Source of the DNA: Longimicrobiales bacterium
GTDB lineage: Bacteria > Gemmatimonadota > Gemmatimonadetes > Longimicrobiales > Gaopeijiaceae
NCBI GenBank assembly: GCA_965116905.1
Contig: OZ220732.1
Location: 320,001-384,000, forward strand
Direction of reading: 5' to 3'
DNA length: 64,000 nucleotides
The position numbers and the translations under genes were made by a program. Below the pieces are notes generated by a model that saw only the letters and a list, made by a program, of their open reading frames with translations, ran no database searches and was not told the origin of the DNA. Positions 47,655-55,636 of the stretch are shown here, piece after piece; within the stretch, counting starts at the first letter, position 1; each line of letters starts with the position of its first letter.

Positions 47655-48266
47655 CTAAGGTTGATTGCGGACGAGTTGACTGGGGAGCACCCCGCGCAGG
47701 GCGCCCACCTGGGCATCGAAGCTCCAGCCGCACTCCGAGCTCCCGGATCTGGCATCGGCGAGCAAAACGATTCCACTGCCGTCAACCAGCAACTTCGTAT
47801 TGGAAAGCAGCGGGCCAACGGCCGCTACCAGTTCCTCTTTCGACATCGATACGATCTCTGTGTCGCGTAGCGCACGCCGGGCCATGGCCGGCACCTCTCC
47901 ACTGCCGGCAATGATCAAACGCCGACGCAGACCGCGGTCGGCGCCGAGTGCGTTCCAAGGCCCAAAACCCTCGTTCAGGCACTGCGGACAGAGTCCGGGA
48001 TCGACAATCCACAGGAGGTGGGCTTCGGCAGTCCGCTGCGTTCCGGACGCCAGCGATGGCGATAGACCGAGGAGTGTCAGCGGGACTCGACTGCCGACCA
48101 GGCGGTCGTGGACGGCGGTCCGGGAAGCCATCGCACTCTGGCCGGCCAGACTGGCGCGCAACTCGCTGTTGATGCCGGTGGCGCGTACAACGAAGACCGA
48201 CGCCGCCAGGAGAAGCGATGCGGTCGCCATGGTCGCGACCCTGCGACTTCCCAGATTCCCGATCAC
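47655..48266 (-). CDS. Membrane-anchored thioredoxin-fold (TlpA/AhpC-like) CxxC protein
   Basis: N-terminal TM; strand HLLWIVD followed by CPQC; later TKLLVDGSGIVL hairpin typical of TlpA-like folds; RBS gaaaggg. Confidence 0.6.
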   Translation of the reverse strand: MIGNLGSRRVATMATASLLLAASVFVVRATGINSELRASLAGQSAMASRTAVHDRLVGSRVPLTLLGLSPSLASGTQRTAEAHLLWIVDPGLCPQCLNEGFGPWNALGADRGLRRRLIIAGSGEVPAMARRALRDTEIVSMSKEELVAAVGPLLSNTKLLVDGSGIVLLADARSGSSECGWSFDAQVGALRGVLPSQLVRNQP

Positions 48267-48388
48267 GCTGGACCCTTTCGGTTGGTGGTATCCCTAGTCT
48301 CTGCGCCTGTGAGCAGCCGCCATAATCGCAAGTGGGCGTCTGGACGACGGGAAGAATAGTCACTCGCTAGCCGTTCTCCTATGTCGTT

Positions 48389-49024
48389 TCACGGTCCAGC
48401 GTTGTTGTCTCCCATGCTTTCTTTTCCAACGGGCGTGCCCCGCAGCTTCGGAGTGGTGAGAAAAACGGCCCTCACCGCCTCCCGGGCCCAGAAAGAGACG
48501 GGCATCACCGGAAGCTGGACAGGTGTCTTGCCCACGAGCGTCACCGTGAAACGATGCCATCCCGCCCGGTCGCTGAAGCCCAGACGCCACGCGATTTGGG
48601 TGATTCCAACCCCGGCGTTCCGAAGGGCCACCCCATGGCTGAGCCGGATCCACCGCAGCCCGAGGGACATCGAAAATCCTTGTCTCAGCGCCGTATCGGA
48701 CAGGTACTCGGGGCTGCAATCGAGGATCTTCGCCACATCTGCGACGGTTCGAACATAGGCTCCGTTGGCCGTTGCCCCGCCACCGGGGAGTCCATGTATG
48801 CTGACACCTCCGTGGTTCTTCCGGTCCCCAGAGGAAAGACCCGGGATGCCATCGACGTCCTGGAGCGCCGCAACTCGCAGGGCGGCACCCAACATCGGCG
48901 GTCCAGGGCACGCGTTGAGGAAGGGTTGGATTTCGGTTGTGTAGTCCGGTTCTGGATGGTCCATGGCCTCGCTGCAGTTGGGGTTCAGAAGTTCCTCCGG
49001 CTTCGGGCGTTGGCGCGCTTCCAA
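48389..49024 (-). CDS. AraC-type double-HTH transcriptional regulator
   Basis: TVADVAKILDCSPEYLS...LRWIRL...ITQIAWRLGFSDRAGWHRFTVTLVGKTP; start uncertain (49024 or 48964). Confidence 0.7.
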   Translation of the reverse strand: MEARQRPKPEELLNPNCSEAMDHPEPDYTTEIQPFLNACPGPPMLGAALRVAALQDVDGIPGLSSGDRKNHGGVSIHGLPGGGATANGAYVRTVADVAKILDCSPEYLSDTALRQGFSMSLGLRWIRLSHGVALRNAGVGITQIAWRLGFSDRAGWHRFTVTLVGKTPVQLPVMPVSFWAREAVRAVFLTTPKLRGTPVGKESMGDNNAGP

Positions 49025-49313
49025 CTCGCCACGCCACCCTTCTTAACGCTGCGGCAGCCCAGGAGATACTGTCATTTGCCGACAGGCACTCCTCTCCGCG
49101 TCCATGGGCTTTCGCTGGGCCGAGGGGGCTGGGCAGGCCTGCAAGGCCTCCGAGGTCTTCGGTCTGGACCGGGAGCCACGCTCCCGGAAGCAGAACACGC
49201 CCTGTCTACTCACCAGTTCTTAGCTCGCGAATGTGCAATCACACCCCGCCGAGCGGGCACTGAGTGCGAGCCGAGCTAAAGTGGCGGGATAGGCTACCGC
49301 CGGGCGCCCCGAT

Positions 49314-50408
49314 TCAATCCGCTACCCGCAGCCGGTATTTCGCGATCCGCCACGGCGGGATGTCCGGGTTCTGGAGGACGTACAGGTAGCGTCCACCGCC
49401 AATCACCTTGACGCCGCCGGAAAGTAGCACGTCGTCGTAGAGCTTGGTGCCGGTGTGGCGGTCGTAGACCTCGAGTCGGGTATGGAGCACCCTGAAGGGA
49501 TAGAACGGCTTCGTTTCGTCATGCTGACCCAGTGTGAAGACCAGGTGGCTACCGGCGACCACATCGATGCGAGAGACAAGGTCGAACGTGCCCAGCACAT
49601 CGCTGGCATCCTGACCTCTGGGAGACGTAGTAGCGTACGCACCAAACTCAATCTCTGGGATTCTGCGGAACGAGGGTGATGGTGCGCCAATCGTACCCAC
49701 CGAGTCACCGGCTCCGTTCAGAATCGTCGCAGGGTAGAGCAGCTTGGCCATGGCAAAGATCGAATCACCGGCCACTGCCCCAGTCACATCTCCGAAATTG
49801 TGCCAATACGGCATCCCGAAGATCGGCGTAGTCCAACTCGTCCACGCTACATTTCCGTCGACCAGCCGGTGAAAGTACCCGTCCTGCATGGCCACGTCGT
49901 GAATCGTCCCCGCCGGCCCGATTCCATAGAAGACTATGTCCGGTCCGAAAGGGAACATCTGCAAGACGGCATTGCCGCCGATTCCCACCATAGTATCTGG
50001 ACTCAGGTCGCTGTTCAGGTAGGTCAGCCACCGATTGCGTGGGCTCGCTACGACGATCTGCCCGGAAGCTGTCTCCGCGACACTGCTGATTCGTTGCAGT
50101 TCCCAGGGGCCGTCTCCGAACCGTCCGAATGCGGCTCGCAGCGAGCCGTCCTCCGCGTACGTTCGCACGCGGGGCAGGATCCAGTCGCTGATGACGAAGC
50201 CGCCGTGCTGCCGCTCGACGAAGACACCGACCTCGGCGATCGAATCGGCCGGGGCTTCGCCGAGTTCGATGACCTCCACGAGTTCGAAGACCTCGAGGAA
50301 GGGCGGGGAGGCGACGGTTTGCGGGGGTCGGCCGCAGGAGGCGAGGGCCAGAATCTGGCTCGCACCGGCGATTGTGGCCATCCAGGGGCCGGATACGGAT
50401 CGGATCAA
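49314..50408 (-). CDS. Beta-propeller lipoprotein P3
   Basis: TTG after gggag gives MIRSVSGPWMATIAGASQILALASC; paralog of P1, P2 and P4 (the ORF track starts it at 50441). Confidence 0.8.
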   Translation of the reverse strand: MIRSVSGPWMATIAGASQILALASCGRPPQTVASPPFLEVFELVEVIELGEAPADSIAEVGVFVERQHGGFVISDWILPRVRTYAEDGSLRAAFGRFGDGPWELQRISSVAETASGQIVVASPRNRWLTYLNSDLSPDTMVGIGGNAVLQMFPFGPDIVFYGIGPAGTIHDVAMQDGYFHRLVDGNVAWTSWTTPIFGMPYWHNFGDVTGAVAGDSIFAMAKLLYPATILNGAGDSVGTIGAPSPSFRRIPEIEFGAYATTSPRGQDASDVLGTFDLVSRIDVVAGSHLVFTLGQHDETKPFYPFRVLHTRLEVYDRHTGTKLYDDVLLSGGVKVIGGGRYLYVLQNPDIPPWRIAKYRLRVAD

Positions 50409-50571
50409 CTGACTGGTCTCCCGTTGCAGCCTGCAATCCATGAGAGTGTACTCGGAGCGTTCGCCTCCCTCCTAATATTCTAGTTGTTGATCCTACTGGA
50501 CAACAGTGCCGACACCGGCTGTGGCGGTGCTGGGTCCGGGCAGGGACGAGGACACCGCCGGGCGCCTCGAG

Positions 50572-51672
50572 TCAATCCGCCGCCCGCAGCCGGTATTTCG
50601 CGATCCGCCACGGCGGGATGTCCGGGTTCTGGAGCACGTACAGATACCGGCCGCCGCCGATCACCTTGACGCCGTCGGGCAGTGGCACGTCCTCGTAGAG
50701 CTTGGTGCCGGTATGGCGGTCGTAGACTTCGAGTCGGGTGTGGAGAACTCGGAAGGGCGGATAGGGCATTGCCTCGTCGAGTGTGCCCAGGGTGAACACC
50801 ATGTAGTCGCTCTCAACGACGTCAATTCGCGGCACCAGGTCGAACGCGCCCACCAAATCTCCGAAGTCCTGCCCCTGGGGTGAGAATGAGGCATAAGCGC
50901 CCGGCTCGATCTCGGGAATCTGACGAAACGAAGATGAAGGAGTCCCGATCGTCCCGACCGAGTCGCCTGATGCGTCGATGACGGTTGCCGGATACAGCAA
51001 CGCGGTCATGATGAACAGTGAATCGCCTGCGGTCGCCACACCGCTGGTTCCCCCGGTCAGGCCGCCCCAGTAGGGCTTGTCAACCAAGGGGTTCTGCCAA
51101 CTGCTCCATACGACGCCGCCATCCACATAGCCGTGGTAGTGCCCGTTATCGTCCGCCCGTCCCTCCGCAAGAAAGTCCTCCCCGACAGCCTCCAGCACGA
51201 GATCCGATCCAAACGAGAAAACGTTGAACACCACGTACCCATCAAGCGGGACTATCGTGTCGCGTGCGAGTTCACTGGTCAGGTAGGCCAATCCGGGATT
51301 CCGCCAGCTGACCACCACGATTCTCCCCGAGCGTGTCTCCGCCACGCCATCGATCCGTCGAAACTCCCACGGGCCATCGCCGAAACGCCCGAATCCGCCT
51401 TCCAGGCTGCCATCCTCAGCATACGTCCGCACCCGCGGGAGAAACCGGTCGCCGATGATGAAACCGCCCTCTCGCCGCTCGACGAGCACACCGATCTCGG
51501 CGATCGAATCGGCCGGATCCTCCCCGAGTTCGATGACTTCAACGAGTTCGAAGACCTCGGGAAACGGCGGGGAGACCACGGTCTGCGGGGGTCGATCGCA
51601 GGACGCGAGAACCAGCATCGGGCTCGCACTGGCGATCATCGCCATCCAGAGGCCGGATACGGATCGGATCAC
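50572..51672 (-). CDS. Beta-propeller lipoprotein P4
   Basis: GTG after ggag gives MIRSVSGLWMAMIASASPMLVLASC, colinear with the P3 start. Confidence 0.8.
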   Translation of the reverse strand: MIRSVSGLWMAMIASASPMLVLASCDRPPQTVVSPPFPEVFELVEVIELGEDPADSIAEIGVLVERREGGFIIGDRFLPRVRTYAEDGSLEGGFGRFGDGPWEFRRIDGVAETRSGRIVVVSWRNPGLAYLTSELARDTIVPLDGYVVFNVFSFGSDLVLEAVGEDFLAEGRADDNGHYHGYVDGGVVWSSWQNPLVDKPYWGGLTGGTSGVATAGDSLFIMTALLYPATVIDASGDSVGTIGTPSSSFRQIPEIEPGAYASFSPQGQDFGDLVGAFDLVPRIDVVESDYMVFTLGTLDEAMPYPPFRVLHTRLEVYDRHTGTKLYEDVPLPDGVKVIGGGRYLYVLQNPDIPPWRIAKYRLRAAD

Positions 51673-51769
51673 TGGCTTGTCTCCGATGGCAGTCTGCAGA
51701 ATCGCTGGGCATGTCGCATTTCGACGCTGGGTATCTCCGGGAATACTCGGAGCGTCCGTCCGCAACTCG

Positions 51770-51985
51770 TCAATGATCTACCGTGATCTTTCGATACCAT
51801 GCCCGAAGCCTGGACACCCCCACGACACTGCCGACAACCCAGATCGCACCCGCAACCACGAACCCGGCAGCCATCCCCACCGGGCCAAAGACGCCGACCA
51901 AAATGGCGACAAGGATCAGCGCCGCAGTAGGCAAGGCGTACCGGCCGGCCAGCTTCCAGCCTTCCCACAATTGGTCGTTTGTCAT
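51770..51985 (-). CDS. 71-aa membrane protein with two hydrophobic helices
   Basis: ALPTAALILVAILVGVFG and MAAGFVVAGAIWVVGSVVGV, basic tail; fills the gap on the same strand as its neighbours. Confidence 0.5.
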   Translation of the reverse strand: MTNDQLWEGWKLAGRYALPTAALILVAILVGVFGPVGMAAGFVVAGAIWVVGSVVGVSRLRAWYRKITVDH

Positions 51986-52019
51986 CCGAGAATCCCGGCG
52001 CCCGCGCCCGGTTCCGCCC

Positions 52020-54530
52020 TCAACTCACCGGCCGCGGCCGCTTCTTCAGCACGAACAGGCCCTCCTGCATGCTGGTCACGATCACGGTGCCGCTCTCGAA
52101 GTACGGGTAGTTGCTCCACGCGCCGCCGAAGCCGGGGCCCTCCTTGTACGGTGCCGTATCGAACGCGGCGACCTCGCGAGGGTTCTCGGGGTCGGAGATG
52201 TCGAGCACGTGCAGGCCGTAGAGGTAGTTGGCCTGGTACATGAGGTCGTCCTTGATGTACAGGTTGTGGGCGCTGGCGGGCTGCGAACCCATGAACTCCC
52301 TGATGAGGACCGGGTCCTCGATATCGCTGAGGTCCCAGATCAGGGTGCGGGTGGTCTCGACGTTGCCCGCGATGACGTCGGCCTCGTCGTCCTGGAAGAA
52401 GTAGCGATGGTCGGGGGTGAGCCAGCCCTGGTGGATGTAGGCCGGGTTCGGCGAGGAGCCGCTCGCCACCTCGACCGGGTTGTCCTTGTCGGTGACGTCG
52501 GTGATCTGGAAGACGCGGCCGTTCGAGTTCAGGCAGAGTTCGCGCCCGCTGTAGCGTTCGTCGGGGCCGTCGTAGACCACGCACTGCGAATCGTGGATCC
52601 CGTCCGAGGAGCCGCAGCCCGCGAACTGGGGATTCTTGGGATCCTGGATGTTGATCATGTGCAGACCGCCGCCGCACGCCTCGCCGCCGCTCCCGCTGCC
52701 CACCGCGTAGGCGAAGCCGGTCTCTTCGTTGATGACGATGTTGTGCGAGCTCGCGATCTCGGTGTAGTGCACATCGGGCTCGAAGAGCGCAGGCATGTCC
52801 GCGGGCGAGATGTCGCGCAGCCGCGTAAGGTCGAAGACCTGCATGCCGTGCTCCCCCGCCCCGTCGGCCACGATGAAGGCGTGATCCATGTACGTCTTGA
52901 TGTCGCGCCATAGCTGCGACGGCGGGGTGTCGGGCGTCTTGGGCAGGTCGCCCACCAGCACGGGGTTGGTCGGATCGGTGACGTCGATGAAGGACGTGCC
53001 GTCGTTGCGTCCCACCAGCGCATACTCTCGTCCCGTTTCGGGGTCGGTCCAGCCCCAGTTGTCGTTGGCGCGCACGCCGCGCGCGCGGTCTTCGGCCCTG
53101 AGCAGCGAGGCCGGGATGTATGCGAGCAGTTCGACCTCTTCGCAGTCGAAGGGACCCACCTGGCCATCGGTGCAGCGGCGCTCCTCGCCCACCATCGCTC
53201 CCATGGCGTCGGGCGCGCTGACGAGCATGCCCGCGTCGTCCCAGCCGTCGCCGTCTCGTGCGAAGACGTGGACCGAGCCCGCCTGGTGGTGCATGCCGGG
53301 CGCACCGACGGCCACGACCCCGGCGTCCGCGACGACCAGGCCGCCGAAACGGTCGCTCTCGACGGTCTCCGCGCTGGGAAGCTGGATACGGCGCGGGGCG
53401 GTGGGCAGCGAGCCGTCCGCCGCGGCTGCGTACACGAAGACCGAGCCGGTCTCGTAGCCGCGCGTGGTGGGCGCGCCGACCCACACGTCGTTTCCGGCGA
53501 AGGCCACGGCCGCGCCGAAGCGGTCGCCGCTCTCGCCGTCCGCGAATGTGAGCCGTCCGTCGCCGGGGACCCACCGGGCGAGGTCGGCGCTCCAGGAATG
53601 CGCGTAGACGGCGCCACGACTGTCGTCCGTTCCCGGCGCTCCGATCAGCACCCTTTCACCCGAGGCCGCGAGGGCCGACCCGTAGTTCGCGTTGGCCTCG
53701 GGCGCCGCGTCGAGGGCGCCGACCTCTTCCCAACCCCCTGCCCCAAGGCGGTAATGATACACGCGGCCTGCGGCTTCGAGGCCTTCCAGATCGCTGGTGG
53801 GGGCGTCCCACCGGTGTGCGCCGATCAGCGCGCCGTGGGTGGTCATGACGATCGCCGAGCCGAATCCGTCGCCGCTGGTGCCATCGCCGGGCTGGAGGAC
53901 TCCGCGCTGCACCCAGTCGCCCGATGCGTCGCGCTGGTATGTGTAGACGGCACCCTGGGCCGGAGCTTCGGCGGCCTGGTTGGGCCCGCGGCGGGGGGCC
54001 GGAGCGGTGCCGGGCACCCCGACCAGGAGCCAGTCGCCGTCCGCGGCCAGGCTGAGGCCGAAGTCGGTGCCGCAGAGTCCGTCGAAGCGGCACTCCGGAG
54101 ACTGTCCGGCGATCTCCTCGTCGTCGATCGTGCCCGCGGCCGCCCATGCACCGCCTTCGCCGCGCTCGAAGACGTGTAGCGGGCCGCCGCGCTGGCCGAT
54201 GAACAGCGTGTTGCCGGTCCTGGCCAGCAGCGTGCCGAAGCCGTCCGCGCGCTCGGAATCGGGGGCGCGCAGCATGGAGGCTTGCCGCCAGGTGCCGCCG
54301 GATTCGCGGTACACGTACACGGCGCCCGGCCGGAAGCTGGTCGTGGGCTCGGCGATGAGGATTTCGTCGCCGTCAATCACCACCGCGTGCCCGAAGGCGC
54401 CGGACTGGGCGGTGAGCGGCGGGGCGGCAACTGCGGCAACCGCGGCGGATGCGGCAAATACAGCGGCCACGAGGGTGTGCCCCGCCACAAGGCGGGCGGT
54501 GTGCGCGCGAATGGTGTGTGCGCAAATCAT
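52020..54530 (-). CDS. Choice-of-anchor B family protein (FG-GAP repeats + LVIVD-like propeller), paralog 1
   Basis: FG..(V/L)A...(L/V)GAP repeats; NDNWGWTDPETGREYALVGR, WRDIKTY, HNIVINE, YIHQGWLT, AHNLY, GAWSNYPYF. Confidence 0.85.
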   Translation of the reverse strand: MICAHTIRAHTARLVAGHTLVAAVFAASAAVAAVAAPPLTAQSGAFGHAVVIDGDEILIAEPTTSFRPGAVYVYRESGGTWRQASMLRAPDSERADGFGTLLARTGNTLFIGQRGGPLHVFERGEGGAWAAAGTIDDEEIAGQSPECRFDGLCGTDFGLSLAADGDWLLVGVPGTAPAPRRGPNQAAEAPAQGAVYTYQRDASGDWVQRGVLQPGDGTSGDGFGSAIVMTTHGALIGAHRWDAPTSDLEGLEAAGRVYHYRLGAGGWEEVGALDAAPEANANYGSALAASGERVLIGAPGTDDSRGAVYAHSWSADLARWVPGDGRLTFADGESGDRFGAAVAFAGNDVWVGAPTTRGYETGSVFVYAAAADGSLPTAPRRIQLPSAETVESDRFGGLVVADAGVVAVGAPGMHHQAGSVHVFARDGDGWDDAGMLVSAPDAMGAMVGEERRCTDGQVGPFDCEEVELLAYIPASLLRAEDRARGVRANDNWGWTDPETGREYALVGRNDGTSFIDVTDPTNPVLVGDLPKTPDTPPSQLWRDIKTYMDHAFIVADGAGEHGMQVFDLTRLRDISPADMPALFEPDVHYTEIASSHNIVINEETGFAYAVGSGSGGEACGGGLHMINIQDPKNPQFAGCGSSDGIHDSQCVVYDGPDERYSGRELCLNSNGRVFQITDVTDKDNPVEVASGSSPNPAYIHQGWLTPDHRYFFQDDEADVIAGNVETTRTLIWDLSDIEDPVLIREFMGSQPASAHNLYIKDDLMYQANYLYGLHVLDISDPENPREVAAFDTAPYKEGPGFGGAWSNYPYFESGTVIVTSMQEGLFVLKKRPRPVS

Positions 54531-54547
54531 GTTCGTGTCTCCGACAA

Positions 54548-54612
54548 GAATTGTGAGCGTGGGTTGCTAGCGTGGACTGCTAGCATGGGTTGCTAGCATC
54601 GGTTGTCAGCGT
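54548..54612. repeat. Five degenerate 13-bp tandem units; the middle three carry a TGCTAGC core
   Basis: gaattgtgagcgt / gggttgctagcgt / ggactgctagcat / gggttgctagcat / cggttgtcagcgt. Confidence 0.7.
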
Positions 54613-55622
54613 GCGAGGATTTCGGCGGCGCGCGGGGCCATGAGCGCATTGCTGTGGCCTGCGCCGGGGACGGTGTCGAGCGCCCAGCCGAAGTCGACCC
54701 CGAGGGCAGTGGCCGCGGACCGGGCGGCGGCGTAGAAGGTATGGCCGCGGGTGAAGCGATGCGGGCCCTGAAGCATGGCCTCGGGCGTGCGGCGAAGGTT
54801 GCCGGCGGTGGTGACGGTGTCGGCATCGCCGAGCAGCACCGTGACGGGGAGTTGGAGGAAGCCGGCGAGTCCGGCGACATCGAAGCCGGAGTCGCCGAGG
54901 CCGTAGGGCCACGCCACGCTCTCGTCGGGCATGGTGTACCAGCCGGCGTTGGCCGCGACCGCGCGTTCGACGGGTGTCTCGGGCCTGGTCATCAGAAGAC
55001 GGTGCACGAACTGGCTGCCCGCGGAGTGTCCGAAGATGCGGAAGGTCGTGCGCGTGCTGCCGGTGGCGGCGCGGACCGCGTCGAAGAGGTGCTCGATGGC
55101 GCTGAAGCTCCAGGCGGACTCGAGGTTGCGCGGGGCGGGTCCGGTGGCAGGGGCCGCGTCGACACCGGTGGCTGCGGCCCCGTCAACCGCGTCCGGGTCG
55201 GCGTCCGGATCCGGGGCCGCGTCCGTGTCCGGGAACACGTTCCCAAGGTTGTACCACTGGCTGCCGGGGTAGTTGTCGGCGTCGAACTCGGGCACGACGA
55301 GCAGGAAACCGTGGGCGGCGGCGTGCTCCTCCCAGTCGTCGAAGTACCGCTGGCCGGTCCTGGACGCGCCGTGCATCACGAAGACGATGGGCGTCTCGGG
55401 GGTGTAACCGTCGGGCATGTGGTAGCGCACGGTGATCGGGCGGTCGGAGTTGCCGCGGGCGTCGTGGAAGGTGAACTGGCCGGACCCGGACTGCATGGCG
55501 GGGACGCCAGGCGTGGACTCGGCCGCCGGGTTCGCGTCGCCGGCATCCCTCTCGCCGCACCCGCCGCAGGCCACCGCCAGGATCAGCACCGCCGGCAGCG
55601 ATCGGATTCGTCGCTCTCTCAT
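54606..55622 (-). CDS. Alpha/beta hydrolase lipoprotein
   Basis: RBS ggaggag; signal LAVACGGC; VFVMHGASR, nucleophile GHSAGSQF, AANAGWY, VPGAGHS. Confidence 0.8.
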   Translation of the reverse strand: MRERRIRSLPAVLILAVACGGCGERDAGDANPAAESTPGVPAMQSGSGQFTFHDARGNSDRPITVRYHMPDGYTPETPIVFVMHGASRTGQRYFDDWEEHAAAHGFLLVVPEFDADNYPGSQWYNLGNVFPDTDAAPDPDADPDAVDGAAATGVDAAPATGPAPRNLESAWSFSAIEHLFDAVRAATGSTRTTFRIFGHSAGSQFVHRLLMTRPETPVERAVAANAGWYTMPDESVAWPYGLGDSGFDVAGLAGFLQLPVTVLLGDADTVTTAGNLRRTPEAMLQGPHRFTRGHTFYAAARSAATALGVDFGWALDTVPGAGHSNALMAPRAAEILAR

Positions 55623-55636
55623 CCGACTTCTCCTCC

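Noticed and set aside
47401..47733. 110-aa ORF-track version of peptide 2 starting at 47733
   Set aside because: It overlaps the CxxC gene, lacks an RBS and buries the signal peptide. ATG 47635 has an RBS and matches peptide 1 in length once 7 bp are removed.
47782..48363. 193-aa minus-strand ORF with an upstream aggag
   Set aside because: It overlaps the CxxC gene in another frame and is Arg/Pro-rich with no motif.
44753..51985. Island as a classical RiPP cluster or diversity-generating retroelement
   Set aside because: No modifying enzyme, peptidase-containing transporter or reverse transcriptase is in the window. The leaders look like Sec signals and paralog differences do not appear adenine-specific.
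54549..54559. AATTGTGAGCG, identical to the left part of the lac operator
   Set aside because: Only 11 bp match, the right half (GATAACAATT) is missing and no vector sequence surrounds it; it is one unit of a local 13-bp repeat.
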